Source of the DNA: a virus
Taxonomy: Duplodnaviria > Caudoviricetes
DNA length: 64,000 nucleotides
Direction: 5' to 3' (one strand)
Virus record (IMG/VR): IMGVR_UViG_3300035698_013504
Location: 64,001 to 128,000 of that record
Shown here: positions 17,061 to 27,299 of the stretch, piece after piece
Layout: every line of letters begins with the position of its first letter
Numbering within the stretch: position 1 is the first letter of the stretch
The notes under the pieces: generated by a model
The model's database searches: none
Told to the model about the DNA's origin: nothing
The model's input: only the letters and a program-made list of their open reading frames with translations
Program-made: the position numbers and the translations under genes

Positions 17061-20000
17061 ATGGCTGGAGAATACGGAGGCGGTAGTGGGAGCTGGGGTA
17101 TCGTCAAAGGGAATACTCTAGCCCCGCTGATCGAACTGGCTAGACACCCGGCTATGTCGCAAATTGCCCCTCCGCTTATGAAGCTGATCAACGAGCTGTC
17201 CGGGAATAAGTACAAACTCCCGCTTGGATCTTCGTATTCCCCCCTTGCCGAGTTTGAACACCAGCGGAATATGAATGCGAAATATCGGATCAGCCAGCAA
17301 ATGACACGGCAGTACGACGCCCCGGTAGCCACCGAATTTTTCACAAACGCATCCGATGTCGAACGCGTTGGCCAGGTGTTTGGCGATATCTGGTCAGGTG
17401 ACCAGGACCTGACCGCGCAAGGAAGGTGGGCGTTTCAAACGGCAAGAGCTATAGACCCTAAAATGTTTGAAATGGGGTTTCTTGGCGGGAGGCCGTCGGC
17501 TCAACGTATGGCTATGCAGGTGTACCAGATGGAGCAGATGCGTATGCCGTTAGGAGAGACACCCAACGCCAGAAGCGTCTCTAATATTACCAGTCACGTT
17601 ATAGACAGTTGGTTTCCAGGCGGTGAGAACAGGTCGCCATTCCCTAACCTGCAGGCAAATGAGGTTACCGAACTCATGTCGGAGCTTGGCTCCGCCGGGT
17701 ACCTGCCGCCCGCTATGACAGACGCTGAAGCTAGACGTGAAGCAACACGGCAATTAGGCGCCGGTGGTATGCGTGGTATGTCTCGGAAGCAGCGAGACGA
17801 CCGGATTGCGAAATATAGTAAGGGCTTCGGCGGAGCCGAAGGTTTACGGTTGACGGAAGAGCGCATCGGTAAGTCTATGTTCGAAGCGCTGGACGACGAA
17901 GGGCAGACAGCCGCGATGGGCCGGGCCGAGACTTCTCAGGTGCTCGAGAAGACCACCGAGTGGGGCAAAATGGTCAGTAACCTGAAAAACATCTTCGGCG
18001 AAGGCGCGGCAATACCTGAACTCTTTAAGGCATTGAAGGATCTTACCGGCGGGGCTTCAGCCGGAATGAACGCCGAGCAGGTTGACACGTTCACGTCACG
18101 CATCAGGCACATGGCTAAGTTGGGAAACATCTCCGGTACCGAGATGCGGCAGGCCGCCCTCATGGGCGTACAGCGCGGCAAGATGATGGGCATCCCGTAC
18201 GCTCCGCTAGCGGCGGAGATGACCACAGAAGCCCTGTATAACATGAAAACGTACAACAAAGGTGCACGCTCGGCAAGTGGTTATATGGCAATGGACGATA
18301 AGGAAGTATTCCAGGCCGACGAGGCGTCGATGGCTTCGGCTATCAAGTCTAGGACTGGGACCTTCTTTGGTATGGTGGGATACCTGAAGAAAAACGTCAT
18401 TGGTGACGAGCCAGCCAACAACCAAGAAGCCGCCGTACTTGACCTGGAGAAAGACCTAAGATCTAGAGATCCTAAAGTCGCAATGGCCGCCCTACGTAAG
18501 GTGCGAAGCGGAGAAGCTGACGACATGGTGGTCGCCGCTCTAGGGGGCGACGCCAACCGGTTTATGAATCTCAAACGTGACAAGCTTACGCTGGGTAAGC
18601 ACATAAAGGATGAGGGCGGCGGCGCAGTTGCGAGAGACCTACACTCCCTGGAGAAGTGGAATACAGATGTAAAGAACCTGGTTTTTGGTTCAAAAACATT
18701 CCGGGATGCGGCAGATGCCACCGATGATTTCGATGCGGGCAGAACCGATACGGCTACAGTAAAAATGAATAAGCTCTGGGATACGATAACCAAAGAAACC
18801 GACGTGACAAACCCGTACGACCGGAATGTTGTCGCCGAGGGGTTGCGTAAATCGGGCGCGTTTGTAGTACAAAATAGTCCGCTCGAAGCTGAACAGCTTG
18901 GTAGATCGGCGTGGGCAGAACACGGGGACGAGACCCAGTATGCCGAACACAAAGCCATCTACGACAGTCAGCCCGCTAGAATGTCTCACCAAAAGAAGCA
19001 GGAGGCTACAATTACTCAACTGGGCCGTATGGCCCAGGCGCGCCACATCAAAAGACTCGCAAATGTGATTCGAGAGAGCAACGTGGCTGCTTATGGTAGT
19101 GATGCTAAAGCCGCAATGCGGGACTACACAAGAAGGACAAAGGGTTCACTAATCGGCCACACTCGGGAAAATCGCGCGATGCTTGAAGCGCGCGCTGATT
19201 TGGAAAAAGAATTTAGGAGAGACTTCGGGTCTGACGACCCGCGGAGTTTCGGTCAGCGGCTCCTTGCGTTTGTCGGTAGCCCTAACAGTGACGACGCAAA
19301 AAGAGCGCTGCAAGACGTGATGCTAACGGGCGCAGGTGTAAACCCGGAGGCCGCCAAGCGCCTTGCTAAAATCGACGCACAGGCTAATGCCGAGACCAAT
19401 CCGGCAAAGTCGGAGGACTGGACTCGTTCGTACGTTAGCGCCTCCAAGGACGCGGGGCCGGACCTTAACAGGGTCCTCGAAGAGAAGTTAGCCGTAGCGC
19501 TGGCGAAAGGGGATCCCGTTGAGCGTGAAGCCGCCCTGAATGAATTGAAGAAAGTAGCTAAATTCACCGACGCCACTGAGGACAAGTTTAACAAGAATCT
19601 TACACTTTTGACAAGTGGTAGCGATGCTGGAAACCGTCGGCAAGAGATACTTATGGCGCGTTACCGGATGAAAAGGGCTGACGAGGCGGTTGATCTGGAA
19701 ACAGCAACAGAAGCCAGCGAGTTAGCTGGGGTGGTTGGAGCGCATTCACGTTTCACGAATTCGTATAGAGATATAGAGGAACTCCAGAACCGCGAAGACA
19801 AGCTGGCACTCGCCACTAACGACACGTCTAGAGCCGCTTTGGAGAAGCGGCGTGATACCGCGTCTAGGTGGGTAGCCTTAAATTCGCCAGAGGTCCATGC
19901 GCTGCGGCAACGTATGAAGGGAGAGGACAAGTCAGACGATGAGATCAATAAAGCGGTAAAGGCCAAGGTCGGCGAGTTGAGCAAGAGAACGGCTCTGGAA

Positions 20001-20825
20001 CACGTTGAAGCCGCGGGTGATAACATTGATGCTAACCTGCGGGACCTGGCTAGACGCTCCGGCGCCGTTTCGGAAGCCGACAACAAGAAAATGACAGACT
20101 CAGAACGCGAAGAGGCGGGCACCGAAGAGGTTATGCGGCGTCTCTACTCTAAGGGTAGTTCCCCTAAATCTGCCGCGGAAGCCAATCGCGCGCGTAAAAC
20201 CTTGAAAGATTTCTCCGAAGCCAGAAAGCTCCACAATAAGCTTGCGTCTGATATAGCCGAGAAACAGCTCGACCCTGAGAAGCGCAAACAGATCACAGAC
20301 GAGGAGTACAAGAAGCGTGACATCGCTTTACAGCGTATGAACCGGGCAGCCAACGCGGCCGCGGGGGTTTTGAAGAGCGCGTCGACCAAATCAGGCGCCG
20401 AAACGAAGGAAGAGCGAGATAAACTCCAAAAGAACATGGAGCGGGACCTTATTCCACTCGAGAAGAAGGATACGGACCGCAAAATAGTCGCTGTGAAGAA
20501 AGCAGCCGACGAGTTGAAGAAAAAGGAGGCCGCTGAGCGCCTCAAAGCTGAAAAGGCGGCCGGAAGTGCCCCAAGCTCTGAAGAGGACCGCCATGGAGCT
20601 GCTGGGCGTGCTGATGGGGATGCCGCGCCCCACAGCGGTGCTGATGAACTCATCGGTAAGGGTAAGACAGAGTCTGGAACGGGTAAAGCAGCGTCTTCAG
20701 GCAATGCATCACTCGAGAAATTGAATGAAATCGCCCAACATACCAAGGATCTGGCTACAGTTGTGACTCAACTCGTTAAAGATGCCAATAAAGACCCCGC
20801 AACCGGAAAGTTTTCAAAAGGGTAA
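17061..20825 (+). CDS. tape measure protein (1254 aa)
   Basis: long Ala/Lys/Glu/Arg-rich helical protein following the chaperone pair. Confidence 0.7.
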   Translation: MAGEYGGGSGSWGIVKGNTLAPLIELARHPAMSQIAPPLMKLINELSGNKYKLPLGSSYSPLAEFEHQRNMNAKYRISQQMTRQYDAPVATEFFTNASDVERVGQVFGDIWSGDQDLTAQGRWAFQTARAIDPKMFEMGFLGGRPSAQRMAMQVYQMEQMRMPLGETPNARSVSNITSHVIDSWFPGGENRSPFPNLQANEVTELMSELGSAGYLPPAMTDAEARREATRQLGAGGMRGMSRKQRDDRIAKYSKGFGGAEGLRLTEERIGKSMFEALDDEGQTAAMGRAETSQVLEKTTEWGKMVSNLKNIFGEGAAIPELFKALKDLTGGASAGMNAEQVDTFTSRIRHMAKLGNISGTEMRQAALMGVQRGKMMGIPYAPLAAEMTTEALYNMKTYNKGARSASGYMAMDDKEVFQADEASMASAIKSRTGTFFGMVGYLKKNVIGDEPANNQEAAVLDLEKDLRSRDPKVAMAALRKVRSGEADDMVVAALGGDANRFMNLKRDKLTLGKHIKDEGGGAVARDLHSLEKWNTDVKNLVFGSKTFRDAADATDDFDAGRTDTATVKMNKLWDTITKETDVTNPYDRNVVAEGLRKSGAFVVQNSPLEAEQLGRSAWAEHGDETQYAEHKAIYDSQPARMSHQKKQEATITQLGRMAQARHIKRLANVIRESNVAAYGSDAKAAMRDYTRRTKGSLIGHTRENRAMLEARADLEKEFRRDFGSDDPRSFGQRLLAFVGSPNSDDAKRALQDVMLTGAGVNPEAAKRLAKIDAQANAETNPAKSEDWTRSYVSASKDAGPDLNRVLEEKLAVALAKGDPVEREAALNELKKVAKFTDATEDKFNKNLTLLTSGSDAGNRRQEILMARYRMKRADEAVDLETATEASELAGVVGAHSRFTNSYRDIEELQNREDKLALATNDTSRAALEKRRDTASRWVALNSPEVHALRQRMKGEDKSDDEINKAVKAKVGELSKRTALEHVEAAGDNIDANLRDLARRSGAVSEADNKKMTDSEREEAGTEEVMRRLYSKGSSPKSAAEANRARKTLKDFSEARKLHNKLASDIAEKQLDPEKRKQITDEEYKKRDIALQRMNRAANAAAGVLKSASTKSGAETKEERDKLQKNMERDLIPLEKKDTDRKIVAVKKAADELKKKEAAERLKAEKAAGSAPSSEEDRHGAAGRADGDAAPHSGADELIGKGKTESGTGKAASSGNASLEKLNEIAQHTKDLATVVTQLVKDANKDPATGKFSKG

Positions 20826-20836
20826 GGGTAAGTGCT

Positions 20837-21316
20837 ATGCCGGATATATTCCTTTCGTCGCCCGGAAAAGTTAACGTGATTGAGGCGCCAACCGGCGCCC
20901 CCGCGAAAGTGGTACTGTCGGCCGGTGCACCGGGTAGCCCCGACGTCTTTGCCGGTAACATTATTCTTACGGATATCGGCTACAACCAGGCAACAAAGCA
21001 CCAATTTATGTCATCCCTGCGCGACATAGTATACGTTTACGTGTTCGGGGACCAGATGGGCTCTATCGTTCTTAGCGGCATCTCGTTCTCAGAAAGCTGC
21101 GCCAACCCGTCCGCTAAAGCCGGGATAAACACGGTAATGGAGTACTACAAAACGTATCGGGTTTCCCAGACAAACGACACTGTCAAAGTCACGTTGGGCG
21201 GCTACACAATCGCTGGGTTTATGACAGGGCTGAACCTTCAAACGTTGTCCAGCGATGTTGAGTTTCTGATCAACAGGTTCCGCTTTACCATCAACACACT
21301 TCCAGGGACTACGTAA
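20837..21316 (+). CDS. tail tube initiator-like baseplate protein
   Basis: tube-fold pattern (YVYVFGDQMGSIVLSGISF...GFMTGLNL) after the tape measure gene. Confidence 0.5.
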   Translation: MPDIFLSSPGKVNVIEAPTGAPAKVVLSAGAPGSPDVFAGNIILTDIGYNQATKHQFMSSLRDIVYVYVFGDQMGSIVLSGISFSESCANPSAKAGINTVMEYYKTYRVSQTNDTVKVTLGGYTIAGFMTGLNLQTLSSDVEFLINRFRFTINTLPGTT

Positions 21317-22119
21317 TGATCAATCATGTACGAACGCTGCTACTGAACCGGGAGGGTAGTGAACGTCCCGCCGCGAGCTTCTACGGTGAAGAGTATGTCC
21401 CTACTGACTTTCACCCGCTTGAGCTTCCCTCGCACGCTGTCAACGTGTGGCAAACTCTATTCGGTACCAACCCGGATAACTACTTCCTGAACTTCAGATT
21501 GTGGCAATACACGCGCCTGCTCCACTCCACCGAGTTTGTAAATTACGTGACAGGTCTAGACTCTCGTATCACGTATGACCTGGATAACTCGTTGGTCAAC
21601 TATGACTACGGCGTAAATATGCAGCGCCTTTTCAGTGGCGGGACGGCGCAGCTACACCCTGTTGGCGGATTGAATACTGTATATTCAGACGGTCAGATGC
21701 ATCTTCGCTGGACAGCCACGATGAAGGCCGGGCCGCGGATTGAAATAAAGAACATCAACGGCAACTCGGTGCGTGAGCACGACGTTACATGGGTAGCCGG
21801 TCAGAGTAGCCTGTTCCCGTTACATGGTCATGGCGATAACTTCTTTGGCCGGATCCTCGCCGAATCCGCCGAAGCATGGGTGGCCGAACGACAGTGGATC
21901 GTTGACGCTATAATGTTTCCGGACATGTCACTGGCGGACGTCGCTGCCCGGCTCGCAAATGTGGGGTCATCACTGGATACACTGTTCAGTCCTGACAAGG
22001 AGCCGTATAAATCCTTCGGTGAGTTGTGGAACTACCACTCTCTGTTACCGTACAGGTTGTCTGGGGTGTTACTCGCCTTGGCATACAGAATAGAGGAGCT
22101 ACGAGTTGGCGCCGCCTAA
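21316..22119 (+). CDS. hypothetical baseplate-region protein
   Basis: TAATG coupling; position in the baseplate module. Confidence 0.6.
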   Translation: MINHVRTLLLNREGSERPAASFYGEEYVPTDFHPLELPSHAVNVWQTLFGTNPDNYFLNFRLWQYTRLLHSTEFVNYVTGLDSRITYDLDNSLVNYDYGVNMQRLFSGGTAQLHPVGGLNTVYSDGQMHLRWTATMKAGPRIEIKNINGNSVREHDVTWVAGQSSLFPLHGHGDNFFGRILAESAEAWVAERQWIVDAIMFPDMSLADVAARLANVGSSLDTLFSPDKEPYKSFGELWNYHSLLPYRLSGVLLALAYRIEELRVGAA

Positions 22120-23935
22120 ATATTACTGGTCAAACCTAAAGTTGTGGGCGGAAATTAAAGGTTTCGGACCTAAGGTGGATCTTGTTGCTGTAAACATCCA
22201 CTACGCCATCGACGGGATACCTACCGCAACGATGCGCTTAGCGGTTGGGCGCACGGTAGAGGGTAGCTACGCGCAGGCACATAACACCATTAACTCGAAC
22301 CACCTATTCGAGGAGATCTCGATCAAATTCACCGGCGAGGCCAAGCCAGACGGGCGTGCAGGCCCTGGCGGAGCATCGTGGCCCGCCGCGGGCACAACCA
22401 TCTTCAAGGGCTATGTAGTTGACCCCGGGTACTCATCTGACGGGCAGACCGTAGGGTTTACGCTTGCGGCGAGAGGGTGGCTTATAGATATGGATGGATC
22501 TATAACATCCTCGCGATCGTATTCCAATCCAGATCAACACGGATTTATGGGCCCGCCCCGTTACCCTGGGGATATGACCGCTACAGAGAAAAAGGACAGG
22601 ATAACGCCGCAAGAAGCCATGGGCGTACATTTCAACAAGATGTACAGCACCAATATGTGGGAAATGTTGAAGGCGGCGTTTACGTTCTTGACAAGCGAGG
22701 CTGTCTGGAACCCGCGGCGAAGAGGTTCAGCCAGCGCAGTTGCTAATGAACCCGGAGCCGCGGCCATCGACAAGTTCAACCCGGCTAGTTTCGGCGTCTC
22801 AATTCCTGAGTTGAAGTTGCCCTCCAGGGCGCTTGGTAAACGTATCAATTGGGACGTAGGTAAACAACTCGCGACCATCATATTCAACAACTGGTCGGGC
22901 GGCACACTTTGGCAAGCGATGCTGGCATACTGTAGAGAGTTCCTTACGCACATAGTACCCACTGTTGATAACGCCTTTCTCGTGCCGGTTGTTCCACAAC
23001 TCGGCGGCAATAGGGTGTGGAGAATTATCAACGACACAGAATACTCGGTGCTTAGCATGGCCAAGCCGTCACCGGAACAGCCTACAACTGGTGTGAAGTT
23101 AATGCCGTCCGTGGTTGGCGCCTCAGCCACAGGACACCACAGCGGCGAAAACGTTAAGTCGCTACACTATTTTGGGTATTTTGACACAGAATCGCTCGAC
23201 GTCGGGGCAAAGCGTAAAGGCGCGATCAGGTTTTTTCAGTCCCCCGCATGGCTTCTAGGTGGCTGGCCGCCGGGACGCCAGGCCGGTAAAAGTGCTGGCT
23301 TCCAGGCCAGCAAGGAGGGCGGCAAAGCCCCCGGCCTGCCCCGCGCTGCAGATAATGGTAAGACAGACCTAGAAAAGTCCGCCAAAAATGGTAAGACGGC
23401 CACCGATCGATCAGATTTTATAGACCAGACGCAGCAGAAGGCAGGTGCGCCGAGTAACGATCTAAAGGGCGACGATGAAACCATAGATGTATCAAAAACG
23501 ACTCAAGTCTATGATGGAGTAACGGTGGGCGGTACCGCGGCGCCGAGTGCTGACGTGTCCATTCTCAACATGGGCACCCGGTACGCTAAGACACTGTTGA
23601 TGAACTTATTGTTTGCCGCTCGCCAGATAACCATTGGCGGTCGACTCCGATTCGACATAGCCCCAGGGTCAATCGTAAAGGTACAGGGCTTGGGTGATCG
23701 TTTGACGGGATACAGCGAACAGTCACTCTTTGGTATGGTGAAAGAGGTCGTTATCTCGGTTAACGTAAGCAATACGTCTGGAGCGGCGACAACGTCTTTT
23801 GTTATCTCGCACATTAGAACCGCGAAGGAACAAGGTAGCAAAACGATGACACACGACTCGCACCCTATATTCACCGACGCTGGAAATATTTGGTACGGCT
23901 GCCCGCTCCTCGAGCCCGGCAAGTCTGGAGGCTAA
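22106..23935 (+). CDS. baseplate hub protein (gp27/late control D-like)
   Basis: GAGGAG SD with TTG; IPTATMRL, IFKGYV, GRLRFDIAPGSIVKV, GMVKEVVIS pattern of hub proteins. Confidence 0.55.
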   Translation: MAPPKYYWSNLKLWAEIKGFGPKVDLVAVNIHYAIDGIPTATMRLAVGRTVEGSYAQAHNTINSNHLFEEISIKFTGEAKPDGRAGPGGASWPAAGTTIFKGYVVDPGYSSDGQTVGFTLAARGWLIDMDGSITSSRSYSNPDQHGFMGPPRYPGDMTATEKKDRITPQEAMGVHFNKMYSTNMWEMLKAAFTFLTSEAVWNPRRRGSASAVANEPGAAAIDKFNPASFGVSIPELKLPSRALGKRINWDVGKQLATIIFNNWSGGTLWQAMLAYCREFLTHIVPTVDNAFLVPVVPQLGGNRVWRIINDTEYSVLSMAKPSPEQPTTGVKLMPSVVGASATGHHSGENVKSLHYFGYFDTESLDVGAKRKGAIRFFQSPAWLLGGWPPGRQAGKSAGFQASKEGGKAPGLPRAADNGKTDLEKSAKNGKTATDRSDFIDQTQQKAGAPSNDLKGDDETIDVSKTTQVYDGVTVGGTAAPSADVSILNMGTRYAKTLLMNLLFAARQITIGGRLRFDIAPGSIVKVQGLGDRLTGYSEQSLFGMVKEVVISVNVSNTSGAATTSFVISHIRTAKEQGSKTMTHDSHPIFTDAGNIWYGCPLLEPGKSGG

Positions 23936-23942
23936 CACCCCA

Positions 23943-24728
23943 ATGGCTAAAACACAGATAAATACATGGTTTGGAGGCAGCGCACCTAAGGCGTCCGCGC
24001 CAGCTGCTCCGCCCGCACGATCAGATCTGGACGTTCAGTTTGACGCATGGAAGGCCAAGCCTAATATGCAAACACTGAACAGCTTGCTCGACGCGTCTAT
24101 GCCAACCATCAATGCGGCGGCTACATCTTATGCGCGCGGCCAGCAGGATCAAGTCATGTCTCAAGCGAAGAAGTTGGCCATCAAAGCCTTCCACAAATAC
24201 CGACCGGACAGCGGCACCCAGCTTAGAACTTACATCATGACCCAGCTTCAGCCGCTGTACCGAGTGGCGCACAAGCGTCGGTCGAGCGTGCGTATTCCAG
24301 AGCAGGCCTCGCGCGAGTTGTACAGCTCAGATCTTGTGCGTAAAGAGTTGACTAGTGAACTTGGTCGGGAACCCTCAGATGACGAGCTTGCTGACCGCGT
24401 AGGCATTTCAAGGTCGCGCATGAGGTTCCTGGACAGGTATAATCGACCTGAGCGGTATGAAGGCTCGGCGTTTGATGAACAGGGCGTGCCGGTGTTCGTA
24501 GGCACAGAAGACGCCAGCGCTGAGCAGATCTGGATTGAATTCGTGTACCACGACCTAGGCCCGATCGACAAGAAGATCCTCGAGTGGAAGACCGGGTTGA
24601 ACGGTAAGCCGATTCACGCAACACAGGAGATCGCAAAGAGGCTCAACATGACACCGTCCGCCGTCTCTCAGCGAACGGCCAAGATCCAGGCGAAACTGTC
24701 GGAGGCTCCTGATCAGTGGGAACAGTAG
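23943..24728 (+). CDS. RNA polymerase sigma-70 family factor (FliA/SigF-like, regions 2-4)
   Basis: KAFHKYRPDSGTQLRTYI (region 2), ELGREPSDDELADRVGIS (region 3), QEIAKRLNMTPSAVSQ (region 4 HTH). Confidence 0.85.
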   Translation: MAKTQINTWFGGSAPKASAPAAPPARSDLDVQFDAWKAKPNMQTLNSLLDASMPTINAAATSYARGQQDQVMSQAKKLAIKAFHKYRPDSGTQLRTYIMTQLQPLYRVAHKRRSSVRIPEQASRELYSSDLVRKELTSELGREPSDDELADRVGISRSRMRFLDRYNRPERYEGSAFDEQGVPVFVGTEDASAEQIWIEFVYHDLGPIDKKILEWKTGLNGKPIHATQEIAKRLNMTPSAVSQRTAKIQAKLSEAPDQWEQ

Positions 24729-24736
24729 ACACAAAC

Positions 24737-25150
24737 ATGGAGAAGAAGATCCGCTGGATCATGGCAAATCTCGCCACGGCTGCAAACGCCCTGTCGGGGG
24801 CAGATCGCCGTGAATGGCCTGACTTCTTTGATGAAGACGACGCCGAGAACACCCCACTACCGCAGGACACTGAGGCTATCCATAACTGCTTCAACCGCGA
24901 TGAAGCCATACGTCGGATACAGGCCACACAGTCTGACCCGTCAGCGCAGCTGCGGGACGTGATTGTTGATAGGCTGGCCGTTGATGTTCTGGGCGCCATG
25001 GAAAGATGTTACCGAGCGCGCCATAGAACGCGTATTCGTGACATAGCGCACCGATCGGCAACACTATCGTCGGCGGGTACGCCCGCAGGCACCATTTATC
25101 GCAGTTACATGGACTACCCGCAGAGAATGATGCAGGCAGGTGGTGAATAA
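24737..25150 (+). CDS. hypothetical protein
   Basis: ORF between the sigma and gp25-like genes; TAATG coupling to the next gene. Confidence 0.55.
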   Translation: MEKKIRWIMANLATAANALSGADRREWPDFFDEDDAENTPLPQDTEAIHNCFNRDEAIRRIQATQSDPSAQLRDVIVDRLAVDVLGAMERCYRARHRTRIRDIAHRSATLSSAGTPAGTIYRSYMDYPQRMMQAGGE

Positions 25151-25635
25151 TGGCAAGCTCTGACTACACAAACCGACTTCATGACCTACTCATCTTCCAG
25201 GGCGCTAGTCCTGAAGGCAATGTCCCTATCACCATAGCCATTGGCGACGTGGCCAGCATCACGACCGGAGCGCAAAAGGTTGCGCAGCTATTCTACAGCA
25301 TGCTTCTGACTCAAACAGGCACAGTAGCCGGGGAGCCCACACTGGGCACGGATTTCCTCTACGAGTTGCAGCGCGGCGGTTTACGTACTGAGTCAGATGT
25401 TCAAGCAAAATTCGGCTATGCCGTAACCCAGATACTTGATAGCATGTCGGTACGGTGGGAATCTGAAGAGGTCAACGGAGAGATCCCGACGATTTCGCCC
25501 GACGAACGCCTGACTAATATCGAGCTAATCAACTTCTCGATCGAAGTAGATAAGCTGATGCTGCGAGTGCGCCTGACAACAGAAGCAGGCGACAGTCGAG
25601 AGTACTTCTATCCTGTAACGGTAGCGATCACATGA
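25150..25635 (+). CDS. baseplate wedge subunit gp25-like
   Basis: KVAQ...LLTQTG...EPTLGTD...DERL.NIEL pattern of the GPW/gp25 family. Confidence 0.7.
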   Translation: MASSDYTNRLHDLLIFQGASPEGNVPITIAIGDVASITTGAQKVAQLFYSMLLTQTGTVAGEPTLGTDFLYELQRGGLRTESDVQAKFGYAVTQILDSMSVRWESEEVNGEIPTISPDERLTNIELINFSIEVDKLMLRVRLTTEAGDSREYFYPVTVAIT

Positions 25636-27278
25636 GCACGACCCTATTTGACATTGACCAACTGTCGGACGCTGAACTTGAACAGGCACGCTCCTTTCTG
25701 CGCGAGACACTCGGCAACGAGTATCCTAGCCTGGACCTCAAGACGGGCAGCGTCTGGAACGATCTATTGATCCGTATCGCCGCGATCTTCCACGCGTTGG
25801 AGCAGCAAGATATTGAGGCTCTACAGCGTAGCATGTCGCTTGCGGCTATAAACGCCGACCCGACGCTTGCTGACCCTGACTACGTCAACGGCGTTATGTC
25901 CAACTTCCTCATCGAACGTGATGATGGCGCTAAGGCAACCGGATATGTGCGAGTCATCCTCAACGCGCTACAGACAACAATTATCAACGATGGCACTACG
26001 TTCACGACGGGTGAATACGTATTTACCACTGAAGCAACCTATGTGGGTGTTACGGATGCCACGGCCGTACTAAGGTCTACGGAGCGACTGATTGAGCTGC
26101 GTAGCGACGGTAACTACGAGTTCACGATCCCGGTCGTCGCCGCCGCTGAAGGTACAGGGTACAACATCGAGAAGGGTACTGACCTGACGATGAGCCCGGC
26201 GCCTACGCCACTAGTACTCAGTGAGGCCGCCGTAGACTTTGAGAGCGGGCTAGCGCAGGAGACAAACGCAGCGTTGACAGCAAAGCTGAGCAACGGTATC
26301 ACCGCTAAGGTGCTTTCCGGCCGCCAGCACATCGCGGCCCTTCTGCGCGAGCAGCTGGCCTCCATCGCCTCAATCTCCATCATCGGGTTCGGTGACCCCG
26401 AGATGCTTCGTGATAAGCACAACGTCATGCAGCTTGCGGTGGGCGGTAAGTCTGATATCTACGTACAGACACAGCCCGCACCTATCAGGAAGACTCTAAC
26501 GGTTACGGCAACACTGGTCGACGCCGATACGAAAGAGTGGCAGTTCGGCATAGCGCGGGACGACGCTCCTGGGTTCCTGCTGGTGTCATCCGTTTACGAA
26601 AGCTCTAGTTCCGGTGGATCATTGGAGTTGTCATATCAGGCTCGTGCCGCTGATATCTCCCAAGAGAGCAGCGAGTTTGTCCCCTACATTGACACGACTA
26701 CGTCTGTGGAAAGCGCATACTCGCGATACCAGACAAGTGTATTGCGTTTCCTGGACCCGAGTACAGCCGCTACAGTCGTCGTCGGAGACACAGCGACGTA
26801 CTACTGTGACGTTTGGTACCTCCCAGGTGTTGACACACTACAGGATTACATCAATCAGCGCGGCGTTCACACTCCGCAAGCGGACTACCTTTTGCGTGCG
26901 CCGATCCCGCTGTGGTCGACCGTGTCTGCACTCGTCAAGTACAAGAATGGCACGGTACAGCCCAGTGAGTCAGCGGTACAGCAGGCTGTCCTCGACCAGG
27001 TTAATGGTGTAGGCTTTGGTTCCGGCATCCTGGAGACTTCCGACATCATCGCCGCGATCAAGGATGTGATCGGGGAAGAGTCATACGTTTCCTCGCCGAT
27101 CGAGATCTCAGCAAGGCTCTACAAGCCGGACGGCACCTCCGTGCTTTACCGGTCTAACACAGCCATCAACATCCCGAATGACTTTACGAACAGCATCTCG
27201 TCGAGGACAGCGATGTTCCTCATCGTGGCGTCCAACATCTCGATCACGTTCGAGACGGTGGACACGGTTGAAGTGTAA
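25632..27278 (+). CDS. baseplate J-like wedge protein
   Basis: DLKTGS, ER..G.KATG.V, GTGYNI, ETNAAL, GGKSDIYV: baseplate J pattern; follows gp25. Confidence 0.8.
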   Translation: MSTTLFDIDQLSDAELEQARSFLRETLGNEYPSLDLKTGSVWNDLLIRIAAIFHALEQQDIEALQRSMSLAAINADPTLADPDYVNGVMSNFLIERDDGAKATGYVRVILNALQTTIINDGTTFTTGEYVFTTEATYVGVTDATAVLRSTERLIELRSDGNYEFTIPVVAAAEGTGYNIEKGTDLTMSPAPTPLVLSEAAVDFESGLAQETNAALTAKLSNGITAKVLSGRQHIAALLREQLASIASISIIGFGDPEMLRDKHNVMQLAVGGKSDIYVQTQPAPIRKTLTVTATLVDADTKEWQFGIARDDAPGFLLVSSVYESSSSGGSLELSYQARAADISQESSEFVPYIDTTTSVESAYSRYQTSVLRFLDPSTAATVVVGDTATYYCDVWYLPGVDTLQDYINQRGVHTPQADYLLRAPIPLWSTVSALVKYKNGTVQPSESAVQQAVLDQVNGVGFGSGILETSDIIAAIKDVIGEESYVSSPIEISARLYKPDGTSVLYRSNTAINIPNDFTNSISSRTAMFLIVASNISITFETVDTVEV

Positions 27279-27281
27279 CTT

Positions 27282-27299
27282 TAGCAGCGCGTTACTAAC
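27282..27299. promoter_or_regulatory. conserved intergenic imperfect palindrome, copy 2
   Basis: TAGCAGCGCGTTACTAAC directly before the ATG at 27300. Confidence 0.4.
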
